Of a stretch of 64,000 nucleotides of DNA, positions 61,050-64,000 are shown piece after piece. The position numbers and the translations under genes are program-made. Below the pieces are notes generated by a model that made no database searches, was not told the origin of the DNA, and was given only the letters and a program-made list of their open reading frames with translations. Source of the DNA: Pedobacter sp. (GTDB lineage Bacteria; Desulfobacterota; Desulfuromonadia; Desulfuromonadales; Syntrophotaleaceae); NCBI GenBank assembly GCA_050253415.1, contig JBFWJC010000001.1, positions 1,640,679 to 1,704,678 on the forward strand, written 5' to 3'. Positions within the stretch are counted from its first letter, which is position 1, and each line of letters opens with the position of its first letter.

Positions 61050-62132
61050 TTAGGCATAGTCCCCCCGGTATGTTGTCAGCCATCCCTTAAAGCGATCTTT
61101 TGGCCCCTTGGATAAAATCCGATTGAAGGTTTCCTGGTCGTAGAGATACAGACAGTGCCGGATCAATGTGTAGGGACTGAAGGTGTTGTCCGGGTTCTGT
61201 GCCATGAAATAATCGCTATAATCTCTGACGGTTTTCAGATTCTCATTCAAGCTTTTGTGCAGATCCGACTTTTGAAAACCACTATCCAGTTTCAGAATGT
61301 CCTGGACGAAATCGTCAACTTTATAGTCTTCAAATTCAAAATCCCTGAAAAAATGTCCCGCCACACGCAGAAAGCTAAAAGCATTGACAGTTTTTTCACT
61401 GACCGCCGTTGCAGGCTGCCCTGAAATCTCCCTGCTGTCATCAAGGGGATCGCTGATCGAAGCCACCGTGGCTTGCTGGATGAGCTCCGTGGTGGCGTTG
61501 CGGATCTCTTTGAACTCACGGTCGGCCAACTCAAACAGTGCGGAGAGAACATTGATCCTGCGTTTGAGGTCATTGGGGATCGATTTTTTGTATTTGATTT
61601 TGTGGTCCAGCACACTCCAGGCATCCTGTATCAAAGACCTGATCTGCACTTCGAAGGGATAGTCGGCATACTGCTGGTATTTCGGCAAGGAGCTCATCCG
61701 ATCGTTCAGGGCAAGGTCCATGTGCAGGCCTTTGTAGCCAAACGAATCCTCTGTACTCTCAACGGCCGAGATCTTGTCGGTGACGTCGATAATCTTGAAG
61801 TGTTGCTTCAACACATCAGACACCATTTCAATCTGGTCCTCATAGAGGCAGATGATACGGATGCCGATCAGGTCGGAAAGGTAGTCTTTGATCTCGTATG
61901 GATGTTCATCCGCTTCGAGTTTGCTTTGATATTTTCGGTGAAATTTTTTAATGCACTCCTCTTTATCCTTGACCCGTCCTTCGATTTTTGTCACCTCGCC
62001 GATATCAGTCCCCTTGAGTGACGATCTGATAATGCGTATATAGGCCCTCCTGGCATTCTCCAAGAGTTTACAATTGCTGTCGTAGAATTTCCGGAAGGAA
62101 TCTTTTTCCTTTTCAAAGTCCAGAGAGGCCAA
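61050..62132 (-). CDS. RelA/SpoT synthetase-domain protein (small alarmone synthetase-like) with C-terminal extension
   Basis: GRVKDKEECIKK, DLIGIRII, GYKGLH, EVQIRS..QDAW...DHKIKYK; TTG at 62132 preceded by TAAGGAG. Confidence 0.9.
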   Translation of the reverse strand: MASLDFEKEKDSFRKFYDSNCKLLENARRAYIRIIRSSLKGTDIGEVTKIEGRVKDKEECIKKFHRKYQSKLEADEHPYEIKDYLSDLIGIRIICLYEDQIEMVSDVLKQHFKIIDVTDKISAVESTEDSFGYKGLHMDLALNDRMSSLPKYQQYADYPFEVQIRSLIQDAWSVLDHKIKYKKSIPNDLKRRINVLSALFELADREFKEIRNATTELIQQATVASISDPLDDSREISGQPATAVSEKTVNAFSFLRVAGHFFRDFEFEDYKVDDFVQDILKLDSGFQKSDLHKSLNENLKTVRDYSDYFMAQNPDNTFSPYTLIRHCLYLYDQETFNRILSKGPKDRFKGWLTTYRGDYA

Positions 62133-62503
62133 GATTGGCTCCTTATCCGTTAACGTACCATGGAGACTTCGTGTCATCCCATTGCACTTATTGCAAGGCC
62201 GAAGAATGGAGATTGACTAGTCACTAGTCTTCCAGGCACTCTTGCGTTATAAAACTGACTTCCAAGTGACCCAATTAACAATAAAAGCCACCTTCATTAC
62301 TATAGGTGGTTTTCACTTCCTTTCATTATCCCCTCCTGGTCATCTCCACAAATCTGCATAAATAAGACCGTGCCAATTTAACCTCGTCGGAAATTAACGT
62401 CAAAGTGAATCGCTCTTAGATTCTTAGACATTCCTTTTTGTGGATGTGGTTTGGGGTAGCCTCACCCAGAATTTCGACAGATTAATATTGCGGGATCTTT
62501 GTG

Positions 62504-62532
62504 TTGACCATAGCGGTGGTACCGCCTATAGT
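62504..62532 (+). promoter_or_regulatory. putative sigma70 promoter for DUF2157 operon
   Basis: TTGACC-N17-TATAGT. Confidence 0.55.
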
Positions 62533-62570
62533 TTCGACATTGAAGTAATCTCATAAAAAGGGAGGTCTGC

Positions 62571-63626
62571 ATGGACAAAGACCAGGCTCAGCGTCGCGCT
62601 GACCGTATCCGTGCCTTCGGGGAAGAACTGGAGGCACTGGAAAAAGAAGATATTCTGGTTCTGGATGAACAGCAGAAGACTTGCCTTGCCCAACATCACC
62701 AGACTCTTCTGTCGCAGTTTTCCTCTTTATACGATGTCGATATCAGCGGTGCCGATAAACAGCTGAGTTGGAGTATGCGCATCGTTTCCTTTCTTGGCGC
62801 CTTGGCGTTGTCTGCGGCGGTTTTCTTTTTCTTTTATCGTTTCTGGGGATTGCTCGGCACCCCGCCTCAGGTTGGAATTTTAGTCGGAGCGCCGATGGTC
62901 GCTGTCGTCGGTGTCGATTTTGCGGCCAGACGTGAAAAAACCCATTATTTCGCCTCTCTTTTCAGTCTTATAGCTTTTACTTCATTTGTTCTTAACCTGT
63001 CCGTTCTAGGCACCATTTTTAATATTACCCCCAGTCAAAACGCCTTCCTGGTGTGGGGTGTTTTCGCCCTTATCCTCGCTTACGCTCTCGGACTTCGGTT
63101 AATGCTGGTTGCTGGCATGACCTGCGTTTTAGGTTACCTGGCAGCAACTGTCGGTACCTGGGGGGGATGTTACTGGCTTTCCTTCGGAGAGCGACCGGAG
63201 AATTTTGTTATCGCCGGTGCATTGCTGGTGGCAGCTGGGTCTTTACCTCATCGTCGCCATGACGATTTCCCGAATCTCTATCGGGGTTATGGTCTGCTCA
63301 CGATCTTTATCGCCATCCTTATTCTGTCAAACTGGGGGCAGGGCAGTTATCTTCCCTGGTCGTCCGGTGTTATCGAAGCGAGCTATCAGGTCCTTGGGTT
63401 TCTCTTGTCCGGAGGCGTCATCGCGCTGGGGATTCGGCGGCAATGGTCGGGGCTGACCAATCTGGGTAGTACTTTTTTCGTGCTTTATCTGTATACCAAG
63501 TTTTTCGACTGGTGGTGGGACTGGATGCCTAAGTATTTGTTCTTTTTCGTCCTCGGCCTTTGCGCGATTCTGATTTTGCTGGTACTCAAGCGGTTGCGGG
63601 CTGCCGCCCGAGGAGGTATGGCATGA
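62571..63626 (+). CDS. DUF2157-type multi-pass membrane protein
   Basis: AQRRADRIRAF..EL N-terminus, about 9 hydrophobic segments, KFFDWWWDWMPKY; GGGAGG RBS. Confidence 0.8.
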   Translation: MDKDQAQRRADRIRAFGEELEALEKEDILVLDEQQKTCLAQHHQTLLSQFSSLYDVDISGADKQLSWSMRIVSFLGALALSAAVFFFFYRFWGLLGTPPQVGILVGAPMVAVVGVDFAARREKTHYFASLFSLIAFTSFVLNLSVLGTIFNITPSQNAFLVWGVFALILAYALGLRLMLVAGMTCVLGYLAATVGTWGGCYWLSFGERPENFVIAGALLVAAGSLPHRRHDDFPNLYRGYGLLTIFIAILILSNWGQGSYLPWSSGVIEASYQVLGFLLSGGVIALGIRRQWSGLTNLGSTFFVLYLYTKFFDWWWDWMPKYLFFFVLGLCAILILLVLKRLRAAARGGMA

Positions 63627-64000
63627 ACCGTCGATATCTGTATGCCGCCCTTGGTTTGCTGCTATTGGTCAATGCTGTGGTGCTTGTCGGTGTAGCTCGC
63701 AATCGTAGCGGCGTTCCCGACGCCAGCCTTACGCTTAGCGAACGCGAACTGCCCCTATCCTGGGATTTCAGGGATCGGGAGAATACCGGCGTCTCCCTGC
63801 AGCTTAATGTCAATTTCGATAACGAGGAACAGCAATGGTTCAATGAAAGTAAATTGGCGGAACTCGGTTTTGATACCCGCCATGACAGGGAAGAGGAACT
63901 GGGATACACCAAGCGGGTCTTGCCAAAAAAAGCGTTTGTGGTGCTGGAATATGAGGGGGAGGCATGGCAGCGGTATCGGCAGCGTCAGCTCGATGAGATT
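63623..64000 (+). CDS. DUF4824-like membrane-anchored protein (3' truncated by window edge)
   Basis: ATGA overlap with previous gene; MNRRYLYAALGLLLLVNAVVLVGVARNRSG...LTLSEREL...ENTGVSL...KLAELGF...FVVLEYEG, open to the end. Confidence 0.75.
   Translation, partial: MNRRYLYAALGLLLLVNAVVLVGVARNRSGVPDASLTLSERELPLSWDFRDRENTGVSLQLNVNFDNEEQQWFNESKLAELGFDTRHDREEELGYTKRVLPKKAFVVLEYEGEAWQRYRQRQLDEI

Noticed and set aside
62355..62376. sigma54 promoter upstream of the RelA/SpoT-domain gene (TGGCACG on minus strand)
   Set aside because: Good -24 element but the -12 position reads TT, not GC; the alternative GG-N10-GC register has a poor -24 context.

Overview
Bacterial chromosomal window. Gene content and order suggest a Desulfuromonadia / former deltaproteobacterium (Pelobacter/Syntrophotalea-like); this is an inference. 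Bases 1-52250 are mostly core genome: yicC-gmk-rpoZ-rel-ridA, rpmB, purMN, pyrK-pyrD, a DHH-CBS tRNA nucleotidyltransferase, scpAB-rluB, a TPR protein with an ExeA-type ATPase, mutL-miaA-hfq, PGM, AsmA, two ferritin-like proteins, paaK with an ACT protein, two tRNA-Gly, nadB, pyrE, purL-purQ-purF, gap-pgk-tpiA-secG and tRNA-Leu. After tRNA-Leu the window is accessory: an MCP, DUF2325, ppnP, a sigma54 activator with a small-protein operon, an MBL remnant, a stand-alone RelA/SpoT synthetase, and DUF2157-DUF4824. Main observations: (1) the long Rel enzyme has a degenerate (p)ppGpp hydrolase site but an intact synthetase; (2) a separate alarmone-synthetase-domain protein has a long unexplained C-terminal extension; (3) a full sigma54 promoter layout (tandem palindromic UAS, exact IHF consensus, -24/-12) lies between a PAS-bEBP gene and an operon that starts with a 51-aa gene missing from the ORF track; (4) a DAHP-synthase regulatory domain is encoded as a free protein behind a chorismate mutase; (5) two long palindromic intergenic elements. 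No CRISPR array, integrase, transposase or prophage was seen. Family assignments come from motif recognition by eye, not from database searches.
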